A DNA stretch of 33,000 nucleotides from Bdellovibrionota bacterium. Lineage in GTDB: Bacteria > Bdellovibrionota_C > UBA2361 > OMIW01. Under the pieces are notes generated by a model that was not told the DNA's origin, ran no database searches, and saw nothing but the letters and a program-made list of their open reading frames with translations. A program made the translations under genes and the position numbers. Shown here piece after piece: positions 1 through 7,723 of this stretch. Position 1 is the first letter of the stretch, and every line of letters starts with the position of its first letter. The stretch is from the NCBI GenBank assembly GCA_044345055.1, contig JBIJBT010000025.1, positions 1 to 33,000 of the forward strand. Reading direction: 5' to 3'.

Positions 1-1
1 A

Positions 2-805
2 AACTGATGCTGATGCCGGTGATGCAGCGGTCGCAGACTGTGAGGCGGTACTCTCAGATACGGGAACAGGAGCTTGGGATTCAGAATGATGTGACGATGA
101 GGCTGGTGGTGTTGCTGCTTGGGGTGTAGCAGCTTCACTCATTGAAGATGCTGATGCCGGTGATGCAGCGGTCGCAGACTGTGAGGCGGTACTCTCAGAT
201 ACGGGAGTAGGGGCTGCAAGGTTATTTGAGGTGGTTGATGATGGAGTTTGCGATGACGGGCTTGCTTCGCCCTTATCTGAAAGGGCTGCATGAAAGATGT
301 TTGTACTCGATTCAGTTGCCCGGTCCAATATAACTTCGCTCTTCGGCACATCTGCTCGCAGATGTTCTTTTTCAGCCTCAGTTTGGTGAACTTCGACCGA
401 ATTAAATATTCCAGTTTTTAACTCAGCGAGGTTTTTTAGATCTTCAGCGGATGCATGAATGAGAGCGTCAACTACCAATCCATTTGAGTTTTCATCCTGA
501 GCGCCAATACACGTTTGACAGTTACATCCAAACCCATGACCTGAAACCTCCGCCTCTAATCCGGAAGCGAAGATATCTGCACCCGATGAAGGCTCTAATG
601 AGACAAGTTCGGCTAACTGCTGAAAATCAGAATCAGATGCTGAATCAATAGCTCCATTAGCAATATCCCTAGCACCTTGGTCCTGCTCACCAATACAAGC
701 CTGACAATTACAACCAAATCCATGCCCAATATCTATACCCTCCAAGCCCTCTGCAAAAAGATCGGCCCCCGACAGATCACATTCTTTTTCGGATAAAATA
801 GCCAT
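2..805 (-). CDS. Uncharacterised protein, runs off the left window edge (268 codons visible): two 62-aa repeats each with an HxxxCxCxxC motif, then a Ser/Ala/Thr/Pro-rich repeat region
   Basis: Not in the ORF track (no stop inside the window). Manual translation from ATG at 805: MAILSEKECDLSGADLFAEGLEGIDIGHGFGCNCQACIGEQDQG...SSGADIFASGLEAEVSGHGFGCNCQTCIGAQDEN...PTPVSESTASQSATAASPASAS..., with no stop down to position 2. An in-frame stop lies immediately upstream (806-808). It starts 42 bp after the co-oriented 848-1696 gene. The motif copies differ mostly at synonymous positions. Confidence 0.88.
   Translation of the reverse strand, partial: MAILSEKECDLSGADLFAEGLEGIDIGHGFGCNCQACIGEQDQGARDIANGAIDSASDSDFQQLAELVSLEPSSGADIFASGLEAEVSGHGFGCNCQTCIGAQDENSNGLVVDALIHASAEDLKNLAELKTGIFNSVEVHQTEAEKEHLRADVPKSEVILDRATESSTNIFHAALSDKGEASPSSQTPSSTTSNNLAAPTPVSESTASQSATAASPASASSMSEAATPQAATPPASSSHHSESQAPVPVSESTASQSATAASPASASV
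6..206. repeat. Identical 60-bp direct repeat (6-65 and 147-206), 141-bp (47-codon) period, inside the partial CDS
   Basis: gatgctgatgccggtgatgcagcggtcgcagactgtgaggcggtactctcagatacggga occurs twice and encodes PVSESTASQSATAASPASAS on the minus strand. The period is a multiple of 3. Confidence 0.95.
419..772 (-). repeat. Two diverged 62-aa (186-bp period) protein repeats with a GHGFGCNCQ(A/T)CIG core
   Basis: Core motifs at 689-727 and 503-541. The units align over their length: SGADLFAEGLE/SGADIFASGLE, QD/QD, ASDSDFQQLAEL/ASAEDLKNLAEL. Confidence 0.9.
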
Positions 806-847
806 CTATCTTCACTTTCCCGGAGAGATTCGAAATTTAGTCTGAGA

Positions 848-1696
848 TTAATTGTTTGGATTTAGTACCGGATCGCTGTAACCAACTTGGTGAGCCGTAC
901 TCCAAGCCGACAACCAGGTTTCAAAAAAATTTCCGTACTTGTATACGTTGTACTTCCCTGTTCGCTTTTCTTCGTCAAAGCTTAGAGAGGGCATATCAGG
1001 ACCGATATTCAAAGATTCCTCGTGAGCATTTATCCTTTGTTTCTTCACTCCCGCTGGACCCAAATAATTCGCCTTATGGGAGGCAGGAAGTTCATTCGGG
1101 TCTAGAGCCAATATTGCTACTCTGTATAAAAGCGAAACGCAGATCTGAGGTAATATCTCTTTACCGTAGTGTTTAAGGTCGAATTCGTGATCCATTACTA
1201 GTCCGTCACTACTATAAACAATCCGTTTTAACCTCATGTCGGTATCCGCATTCTCAAGGATGTCTCGAATCTCCCTAGCCGGTTCAACTAGATTATCGTA
1301 GCTAGAAGATAGTACAGACTGGGCAAAGGCGTTTGTAGTTGTGATTGTCGGGGCTTCCATAAGAGCCATCATTATCCCCGCTAACACGAGTGAATTTCGA
1401 GCTTGATCAATCTGTGTATTAGTATTTAGAGCAAATCGGCAAATCTTGGCGATGGCATCATACACTGGCGCATCACAATGGCTCATTTCTTTTGGATTAT
1501 CCTTACGTAGCTCCTTTATCCCTGTCAGGATAGGTTCACAACAACCTTCTACCTTTGTATGCTTATTTATAAATAGACGATCGGTTATCAATGTCTCTAA
1601 TTCTCTTGGTATTTGAAGCGAAGCTGTAAATGGATCGCCATTTCGGTTTGCCGATTCTTGAAACATATATACATCCATCAATGAACACTTTGTCAC
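848..1696 (-). CDS. Hypothetical protein (~282 aa; start codon uncertain)
   Basis: Long ORF with globular-protein composition and no recognised motif, signal peptide or TM segment. His/Cys cluster near the N-terminus (HTKVEGCCEP...SHCD...ICR). Confidence 0.75.
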   Translation of the reverse strand: MTKCSLMDVYMFQESANRNGDPFTASLQIPRELETLITDRLFINKHTKVEGCCEPILTGIKELRKDNPKEMSHCDAPVYDAIAKICRFALNTNTQIDQARNSLVLAGIMMALMEAPTITTTNAFAQSVLSSSYDNLVEPAREIRDILENADTDMRLKRIVYSSDGLVMDHEFDLKHYGKEILPQICVSLLYRVAILALDPNELPASHKANYLGPAGVKKQRINAHEESLNIGPDMPSLSFDEEKRTGKYNVYKYGNFFETWLSAWSTAHQVGYSDPVLNPNN

Positions 1697-1783
1697 TACG
1701 AAAAATCGATAAAAGATTAGAAACTAAATTCGGAATAGGTCCGATGAATAGTGCTTTCTCGGTGAAAATATCTTGCCGAACTA

Positions 1784-1838
1784 AACCATGTTCAAAATAT
1801 TAACGCAACGCCGTTGCGTTAATATTTTGAACATGGTT
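1784..1838. repeat. Perfect inverted repeat, 27-bp arms with 1-nt spacer (55 bp)
   Basis: aaccatgttcaaaatattaacgcaacg-c-cgttgcgttaatattttgaacatggtt; arms 1784-1810 and 1812-1838 are exact reverse complements. Confidence 0.97.
1803..1819. promoter_or_regulatory. Candidate Zur-type operator 1 (ACGCAAC-GCC-GTTGCGT)
   Basis: 7-3-7 palindrome at the centre of the long inverted repeat. Same GCAAC-N3-GTTGC core as the box at 1978-1994. Resembles the ATGCAAC-N3-GTTGCAT consensus proposed for Zur in some deltaproteobacteria (recalled, not checked). Confidence 0.6.
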
Positions 1839-1974
1839 CATCATAAAGTCGAGATATTCGAAACTACTTTTTTAAAATTAGGTTGACCCCAATCCTGTTC
1901 ACAGACTTCGTTAGCGAGATTGTCTGAGAAACTCAGAATATGTGAGAAGATAGGGCAATTTACTCGGCAAAAAC

Positions 1975-2004
1975 TTTACGCAACTATGTTGCATATGCTA
2001 ACGT
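1975..2004 (+). promoter_or_regulatory. Possible sigma70 promoter for the COG0523 gene, overlapped by operator 2
   Basis: TTTACG (1975-1980), 18-bp spacer, TAACGT (1999-2004) with an extended -10 TG at 1996-1997. An alternative perfect TATAAT lies at 2069-2074 with TTGTCA 19 bp upstream. Confidence 0.4.
1978..1994. promoter_or_regulatory. Candidate Zur-type operator 2 (ACGCAAC-TAT-GTTGCAT)
   Basis: 7-3-7 near-palindrome with one mismatch to ATGCAAC-N3-GTTGCAT, 172 bp upstream of a COG0523 gene; that family is commonly Zur-regulated. Confidence 0.68.
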
Positions 2005-2166
2005 TTCACCGTCGTTAAAAAACGTTTCCAAAACAGGGAAAGGTTGTCATTGCTCCCCAATATTTCCGTATAATCATCTGGAAGAGGCGAGTGATATGGC
2101 CGACTCTCAAACCTTTTCCATCCAGGCTATTCTATCTTCGATTAAATTCTATTTAAGATACTTAAT

Positions 2167-3519
2167 ATGCACCCAGACCTCCCCCCAATTCCCGTCACCG
2201 TTCTAACCGGCTTCCTCGGTTCTGGAAAAACTACGTTGCTCAACTATATTCTCTCGGCGAATCACGGTAAGCGGATTGCGGTTATTGAGAATGAGTTTGG
2301 GGAAGTGGGGGTCGATCAGGATCTCGTTATTCGTGCAGAAGAAGAAATATTTGAGATGAATAACGGATGTATCTGTTGCACGGTAAGGGGAGATCTGATC
2401 AGGATTTTGAGTAATCTTATTAAGCGGCGTGACCGATTTGATCACATTTTAATTGAAACAACAGGTCTTGCAGATCCGGGTCCTGTTGCTCAAACGTTTT
2501 TTGTCGATGATGAGTTAAAGAGAAAACTTCGACTTGATGGAATTGTTACGGTCATAGATCTCGTGCATGTGATGCAGCACATTGATACCACTGAAGAGGT
2601 AAAAGAGCAGATAGCATTTGCAGATGTGTTGCTTCTCAATAAGAGTGATCTTGTATCAGACGAGGAGATCTTATCTGTCCAGGAGCGAATATCACGGATA
2701 AACGGCGCAGCAAAGCTTTATCGCACCGAACGTGGCGCTATTGAACTTGATAAGATTCTTGGTATCGGAGGATTTAATCTAGAGCGAGCTCTCGAGGTTG
2801 ATCCGTCGTTTATGGAGGCTGAATTCCCTTTTGAGTGGGCTGGTGTTTTTAATGTTAACACGCCCGATGTATCGATTTGCCTTAATGCCGGTCCTGATGA
2901 GTCGATAACGGTTTTTCTCAAGCGAGTCGATAAAGAGACTACTCCGCTTACAGATGAATCATTTACTCTCGCGGCCGCTATTGCGTTTTCCGAGGAGGGA
3001 ATTTGCTCGAATAATGGTGCTTTGATAGAACCTGGAGACAGGGCGATAAAGATATGTCCTCAAGAAATTGGATTGACGAAAATGGCGGTTAAGCTTCCTT
3101 CATCCGGGACGTATGCTCTATTTACCGAGCATTATCCAGATGAATTTGGGCTCAAGGTTTTTGCTGATGGTGAAGAGGTCGAATTTCAACCGTGCCGTGA
3201 ATTTAAACCGGATCACGAGCACGATGAGGAGATAACTTCAGTTGGACTGGAATTCACCTCAGATATGGACGCTGAAAAGCTCGAGCGTTGGTTGTCGCGA
3301 ATTCTTCGGGAGCGCGGTGCAGATATTTTTCGTATGAAAGGTGTATTTTCGGTAGCAGGCGAGGAAAGGCGGCTTGCATTTCAGGGAGTTCACATGTTGT
3401 TAAACGCAGAGCGCCTTGACTCATGGGGCTCTAGGAAACGAAGAAGTTCTCTTATTTTTATTGGTAAAGGTCTCAATCGAGATGAGCTTGAGGAGGGATT
3501 GTTGAGATGCCTAGCATAG
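2167..3519 (+). CDS. COG0523/CobW-family (G3E) P-loop GTPase, putative zinc metallochaperone, with internal insert and CobW_C domain
   Basis: PVTVLTGFLGSGKTT (Walker A), IENEFGE, NGCICC (CxCC metal site), IETTGLADP, NKSD (G4), short DHEHD linker, C-terminal IFRMKG...FQGVH...LIFIG. Confidence 0.95.
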   Translation: MHPDLPPIPVTVLTGFLGSGKTTLLNYILSANHGKRIAVIENEFGEVGVDQDLVIRAEEEIFEMNNGCICCTVRGDLIRILSNLIKRRDRFDHILIETTGLADPGPVAQTFFVDDELKRKLRLDGIVTVIDLVHVMQHIDTTEEVKEQIAFADVLLLNKSDLVSDEEILSVQERISRINGAAKLYRTERGAIELDKILGIGGFNLERALEVDPSFMEAEFPFEWAGVFNVNTPDVSICLNAGPDESITVFLKRVDKETTPLTDESFTLAAAIAFSEEGICSNNGALIEPGDRAIKICPQEIGLTKMAVKLPSSGTYALFTEHYPDEFGLKVFADGEEVEFQPCREFKPDHEHDEEITSVGLEFTSDMDAEKLERWLSRILRERGADIFRMKGVFSVAGEERRLAFQGVHMLLNAERLDSWGSRKRRSSLIFIGKGLNRDELEEGLLRCLA

Positions 3520-4547
3520 ATGTTTGGGCAGCAGAGAGACTTTCACTCCGAGTTCGGTATCACCTCGACGAGGCGGTGACCGCTCTTAAAGTGTCCCAAG
3601 GTAATGGCGTAGTTTATGCGGCTTCAGCTGCCGGACAGATTGTAGCAGTAGATGGTATTACTCCGGAGTTCTTATGGCGAAAGCGAATTCATAGCTGTGG
3701 TGTATTGGCCATAGAGCCTCTTGATCGATTTTCGTTAATTGCAAGTGGCGGTGAAGATGGAGATTTAGCTATCGTTGATGGTAATTCCGGAGATGAGCAA
3801 ACTCGAAGGAGCTTTAATCGGGATGATGGTAGAATCGCTTGGGTTAATCACCTCAGTTGGTCCTTCGACAAATCCGTGTTAGCGGTCGCGTGTGGAAAGA
3901 AAGTTCACCAATTCTCAAAATGCCTTGAACCTGTTGGCGCCCCCATCCAGCAACCTACAACCATTTCATCGCTTGGCTGGAGTAATCGAGGTGATCAGTT
4001 TGCATTAAGTTGTTTTGGTGGAGCATCCCGTTTTTCGGCACTTGAGAGTACTCTATTGGGTGAATGTCGCGAAAAAGAGGCGATCGTATCGATTGCTTGG
4101 TCACCCCGCGATTCAATCATCGCCTGTGGATGTCACGATTCGGCTGTTATCATTTGGGATATAGGCACTGGAGAGAATCTGAAAATGTCGGGCTATCCAG
4201 GGAAAGTTTTGAACCTTGCGTGGGATTCAATCGGAAGATTTCTGGTGACTTCTGGGGAGAATAGATTGATTATTTGGGATTTTATTGGGTCTGGACCTTC
4301 AGGAAAACCGCCTTTGCTCCGTGAGGCTCATGAAGCCATAATCTCTGGAATAGAACCCCATCCAAAGGGTAGATATTTTTGCACTGGTTCGGAAGATGGT
4401 GTTGTGATCATTTGGCGCACTGGAGATTTTGAGCCTATTCGGATCGGAAGGGCAGATGCCCCAGTTACTTGGTTAAGATGGATGAAAAATGGTCGAGGAG
4501 TTTTGTCTGGACATCAGGATGGTAGCCTTGTTTGTTGGGACATTTGA
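3507..4547 (+). CDS. WD40-repeat beta-propeller protein
   Basis: Repeated WD40 blades (IASGGEDGDLAIVD, IAWSPRD...IACGCHDSAVIIWD, LVTSGENRLIIWD, FCTGSEDGVVIIWR, SGHQDGSLVCWD). Overlaps the COG0523 stop by 13 nt. Confidence 0.92.
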   Translation: MPSIDVWAAERLSLRVRYHLDEAVTALKVSQGNGVVYAASAAGQIVAVDGITPEFLWRKRIHSCGVLAIEPLDRFSLIASGGEDGDLAIVDGNSGDEQTRRSFNRDDGRIAWVNHLSWSFDKSVLAVACGKKVHQFSKCLEPVGAPIQQPTTISSLGWSNRGDQFALSCFGGASRFSALESTLLGECREKEAIVSIAWSPRDSIIACGCHDSAVIIWDIGTGENLKMSGYPGKVLNLAWDSIGRFLVTSGENRLIIWDFIGSGPSGKPPLLREAHEAIISGIEPHPKGRYFCTGSEDGVVIIWRTGDFEPIRIGRADAPVTWLRWMKNGRGVLSGHQDGSLVCWDI

Positions 4548-4806
4548 GCTCGTGGAGGCTGCAAACTATTAGGCCTGTCGGATGAAGGTGCCACTAATGT
4601 CGCATCCTATTGGTGTTGTTTTCGGTCTGTTTTTTTCATTTTGAGAAAGCTGGAGTGAGATCGCGCTTTCAATTAAGAACTGCTGTTCCGTCATTACAGT
4701 TTGTTAATCAGCCTCCCATCATCCCCGCTGCTTAATCGGTCTAAACCAGTTCATCCACGCCGCAAACGCGGCAATTTTCGTTGTTTGAACCCAGATTTTA
4801 CGCGAT

Positions 4807-5553
4807 CTAACTCTTCGTGGAAATAATACGGGCAGGAACACCAGCGACAACCGCTCCTGCGGGAACATCCTCTCGGACGAGTGAGTGAGCTCCTATAATT
4901 GCACCATCACCGATAGTGACGCCATCAAGCACCGTCGTGTGAGCACCAATCCAGACGTGATTGCCGATGGTAACTCCGCCTCGAATCTCCATCTCCTGCT
5001 CTATAAGAGAGAGATTGTTATCTGCGGGCTTATGATTCCCCGGGCCGATGTAACAATAGGCTGCTATGAGCGTGCTGTCTCCGATGGAGATCCTAGATTG
5101 TGTCGCAATACGGCAGGAGGAGCTTATGTTGACGCCATTTCCGAGGGTGATACTTCCTGATTTGGCTGAAAGTATCGAGAAACGGCCGATAAGAACGTGA
5201 TCGCCAAGGACTATTTTTGCATCATCGCCGCGAGCTTCAACGCAGCTATAATCATCAAGAATTAACCGACGACCACAATGAATTTTCTTTGGATGTCGGA
5301 TTGTAACTCCTCGGCCAATCGCAGGACGATTGGTTACTGAACCAAGAAGCAGGGGATATAGCAACATGCGAAGAGCCATGCCAACTCCACCAGGGAGATT
5401 TGCGGCGATTGAAATTGCCTCGTATTGCGCTAGAGAGAGCCACGAAGCATCTTTGCCGACATGGAGCTCCTTATACGCGGTAAGGGGACCGAGTGTTGCT
5501 GTGTACCGCCGTTGCTGAGGTGTCATCGCGGGCTGTGATGGAAAAATTGCCAT
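4807..5553 (-). CDS. Hexapeptide-repeat (left-handed beta-helix) acyltransferase
   Basis: IGRGVT, LGDHVLIG, IGNHVWIGAHTTVLDGVTIGDGAIIGAHSLV, VAGVPARII. The ATG at 5553 overlaps the upstream Nudix stop (TGATG). Confidence 0.9.
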   Translation of the reverse strand: MAIFPSQPAMTPQQRRYTATLGPLTAYKELHVGKDASWLSLAQYEAISIAANLPGGVGMALRMLLYPLLLGSVTNRPAIGRGVTIRHPKKIHCGRRLILDDYSCVEARGDDAKIVLGDHVLIGRFSILSAKSGSITLGNGVNISSSCRIATQSRISIGDSTLIAAYCYIGPGNHKPADNNLSLIEQEMEIRGGVTIGNHVWIGAHTTVLDGVTIGDGAIIGAHSLVREDVPAGAVVAGVPARIISTKS

Positions 5554-6098
5554 CAAATCCCCCGCGCCACCCGCAGAAGCCCTATTATCGAGAGAGCATC
5601 CTTGATATCTCCCGCATCAACCAACTCCAATGCTCTTTCGAAAGGCAACTGAGCAACCTCAAGTTCCTCAGTCTCATCTGGCTGTCTTGGAACAACAGTG
5701 AGACCTTTTGCGACGTAGAGGTATGCTATTTCGTCAGAGTGGCAGTTGCTGAGATGAATCTCTGCGCCGAGCTGTTCCCAATTCTCCGCAACAAACCCAG
5801 CCTCTTCTGCTAACTCTCTTTTAGCAGCCTCAAGAGGATTCTCGTCGCGCTCTGCGCCACCTTCAATAATCTCCCATGAATAGCACTCGGTTGGATAACG
5901 GTACTGTCCAACGAGAATGACCTCACCTTTATCAGTTAGTGCGACAACCCCGGTTGCAATCCTAGTTTGAACAACGCCATAAATGCCACTATTGCCGCTC
6001 GGCTGAATAACGTTATCTTCACGAACGGTAATCCAGGGGTTTGAGTAGACTATAGTGGAGCTTTCAGTTTTCCAGGGATTTTTTTTATTAATCAGCAT
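5553..6098 (-). CDS. Nudix hydrolase (ADP-ribose pyrophosphatase-like)
   Basis: Nudix box GGAERDENPLEAAKRELAEEAG; QYRYP; DETEEL; IKDA. Confidence 0.92.
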   Translation of the reverse strand: MLINKKNPWKTESSTIVYSNPWITVREDNVIQPSGNSGIYGVVQTRIATGVVALTDKGEVILVGQYRYPTECYSWEIIEGGAERDENPLEAAKRELAEEAGFVAENWEQLGAEIHLSNCHSDEIAYLYVAKGLTVVPRQPDETEELEVAQLPFERALELVDAGDIKDALSIIGLLRVARGI

Positions 6099-6192
6099 TC
6101 AGCTATCTCTCCTTGAGTAATCTTTTTGCCAAATTTATTTCCTATCGCAACTTTTATATTCCAAGATCTTCTATCGAAAAAAACGCCCCTTA

Positions 6193-7641
6193 TTATCCCT
6201 GACCAAGAGCCGCTAGAAGATCTGCGTGAACCAAATGAAAGTCGAGTAGAGCACCTATCTCCTCTAAAGCAGCCTCAGCGGCGGTTTGTTCTCGAAGAAC
6301 AACGAAAACAAGATTGCTGTCACCGTGCTCGAATCGAACTCGCTCTCCCTCGGCTACTTTGTCCGCTGCTATCCGAGACTCGCGGGCCGCTGTAATCCTC
6401 TGCTCCGCAAGCTGAAGCGTTGTAAGAGTTTTTTTAATCTCTGCTGCTATTTTATCCCGAACTAGACGGGTTTTTTGGGATACTGCCTCCTTTTGCGCAA
6501 GTCCCTCTGAGATCAGTCCTCGCGGCTTATTTAGCTCGAGCGGAACTTCAAACTTAAGCCCTACTTTTAATTCATCCTCAACAAGTCTTTTCTCTCCAGT
6601 TCCGGATGGATGATACCCGCCAAGTTTTAGATCGACCCGCGGTTTAAGGAGGTTCTCTCCGAGTGCAACCTGTAACCCAGCTTTTTTCTCCTTTGCATCA
6701 AGAGCTTGAAGCTCAGGGCGTGACCGTAGAGCCTCGTCAACAAGAGCGGACTCATCTAAGGAGTTCACATCAAGGTTATGGGCTAAAGAGGCAGGTACGA
6801 GGGAATCACTCGGGACTATCGGGCTTCCATCCTCATCCCGATAGTAGAGACTCAGCTGAATAGCCGATTTGGCCTTAATTTGCTCAGCTTTAGCTAACTC
6901 AGATTGTCGCTTAAAAATAGTTCGCGAATTATCGGTTAGATCAAATTCGGGTTTGTCGCCCGCTCGGACTGCTGCCTCAAGCTGAGTATTTCTGACCTCT
7001 GCAACTGACACTAGGTTGGCGATAACTTTTTGTTGTAAGTTCGCGGCGATCCAGGTCCAGTAGGCAGAGCGTGCTTCGCGCAAAACTGCGATTTGCGACT
7101 GCTGAACTTTTGCCTCTGCGCCTTTGACTCCGAGTTCAGAGCTTGCAATCTTAGCTCGTGTCTCATCGATCGCTCGATCGCGAACAAGTGGTAAAGCGAT
7201 CCCGAGTCCAAATTCTCCTGCAGATGCCGTATCAAGGTCTCCCTCATACAAAGGAAATTCTCCTTCGCTTCGCCTGTAGCCCCCTTCCAGCTGAATACCA
7301 TTTATCGGGAGCGGCTTTTCGATCCGCGATTCAAATAGTTTTCCATCGTAATAGCCTGATGCGTAGCTTTTCACCTCCGATTTCCACTTTGCATCAAACC
7401 CACCACGAGCGCTTTGGACCGAGGCTTCCGCCTCTTTCTTTTGTTCGCGTGCAGCCAAAATTGCGGGAAATAGCCGACGAGTAGAGGAAAGCAAAGTATC
7501 GAGCGATAGTGGGTCATCAGCTCGAGAAGAGGGTGAAGATGCGATTATGAGAGCAAAGCTAGCGAGTAAAATAAAAGAGAAACCGAGGCTTGCACCTCTA
7601 CAGCTTCTTCCTGTCACAAGATCCAAAAAATACCTTTCCAC
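6193..7641 (-). CDS. TolC-family outer-membrane efflux protein
   Basis: Signal-peptide-like N-terminus, helical repeats, ALRSRPEL, LKPRVDL, ERVRFEHGDS; last gene of the ABC-HlyD-OMF triad. Confidence 0.88.
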   Translation of the reverse strand: MERYFLDLVTGRSCRGASLGFSFILLASFALIIASSPSSRADDPLSLDTLLSSTRRLFPAILAAREQKKEAEASVQSARGGFDAKWKSEVKSYASGYYDGKLFESRIEKPLPINGIQLEGGYRRSEGEFPLYEGDLDTASAGEFGLGIALPLVRDRAIDETRAKIASSELGVKGAEAKVQQSQIAVLREARSAYWTWIAANLQQKVIANLVSVAEVRNTQLEAAVRAGDKPEFDLTDNSRTIFKRQSELAKAEQIKAKSAIQLSLYYRDEDGSPIVPSDSLVPASLAHNLDVNSLDESALVDEALRSRPELQALDAKEKKAGLQVALGENLLKPRVDLKLGGYHPSGTGEKRLVEDELKVGLKFEVPLELNKPRGLISEGLAQKEAVSQKTRLVRDKIAAEIKKTLTTLQLAEQRITAARESRIAADKVAEGERVRFEHGDSNLVFVVLREQTAAEAALEEIGALLDFHLVHADLLAALGQG

Positions 7642-7723
7642 GACGACGTAACCCTTATAAGAGCGGATATCACTCGAGCTTTGTTGTGCCCAATTAGCGA
7701 TAACTCGCTCGTCTAAAAAACTC

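Noticed and set aside
6..206. Direct repeat as a possible CRISPR array
   Set aside because: Only two copies, 60 bp long with an 81-bp spacer, in frame within a coding region, and no cas genes.
139..351. 70-aa His/Gln/Pro-rich ORF in the track
   Set aside because: It is an alternative frame of the longer minus-strand gene starting at 805; its composition is a by-product of the Ser/Ala codons.
1784..1838. Palindrome as a protelomerase (telRL-like) site or MITE
   Set aside because: The size is similar, but it has an odd 1-nt centre, a core matching the second operator-like box, no recognisable protelomerase or transposase nearby and no evident target-site duplication. Not fully excluded.
1923..2028. 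Short elements TCTGAG-AAA-CTCAGA (1923-1937) and AACGTTTC repeated at 2000 and 2021
   Set aside because: Too short to distinguish from chance.
2031..2120. Cobalamin riboswitch upstream of the CobW-family gene (AACAGGGAA seen)
   Set aside because: The following GGTG..A.TCC, CCC...ACTGT and B12-box elements are absent; Zur-like boxes explain the region better.
2167..3519. Gene symbol cobW (cobalamin biosynthesis)
   Set aside because: No cob genes or B12 riboswitch nearby; the WD40 partner and operator boxes point to a zinc-related COG0523 subgroup.
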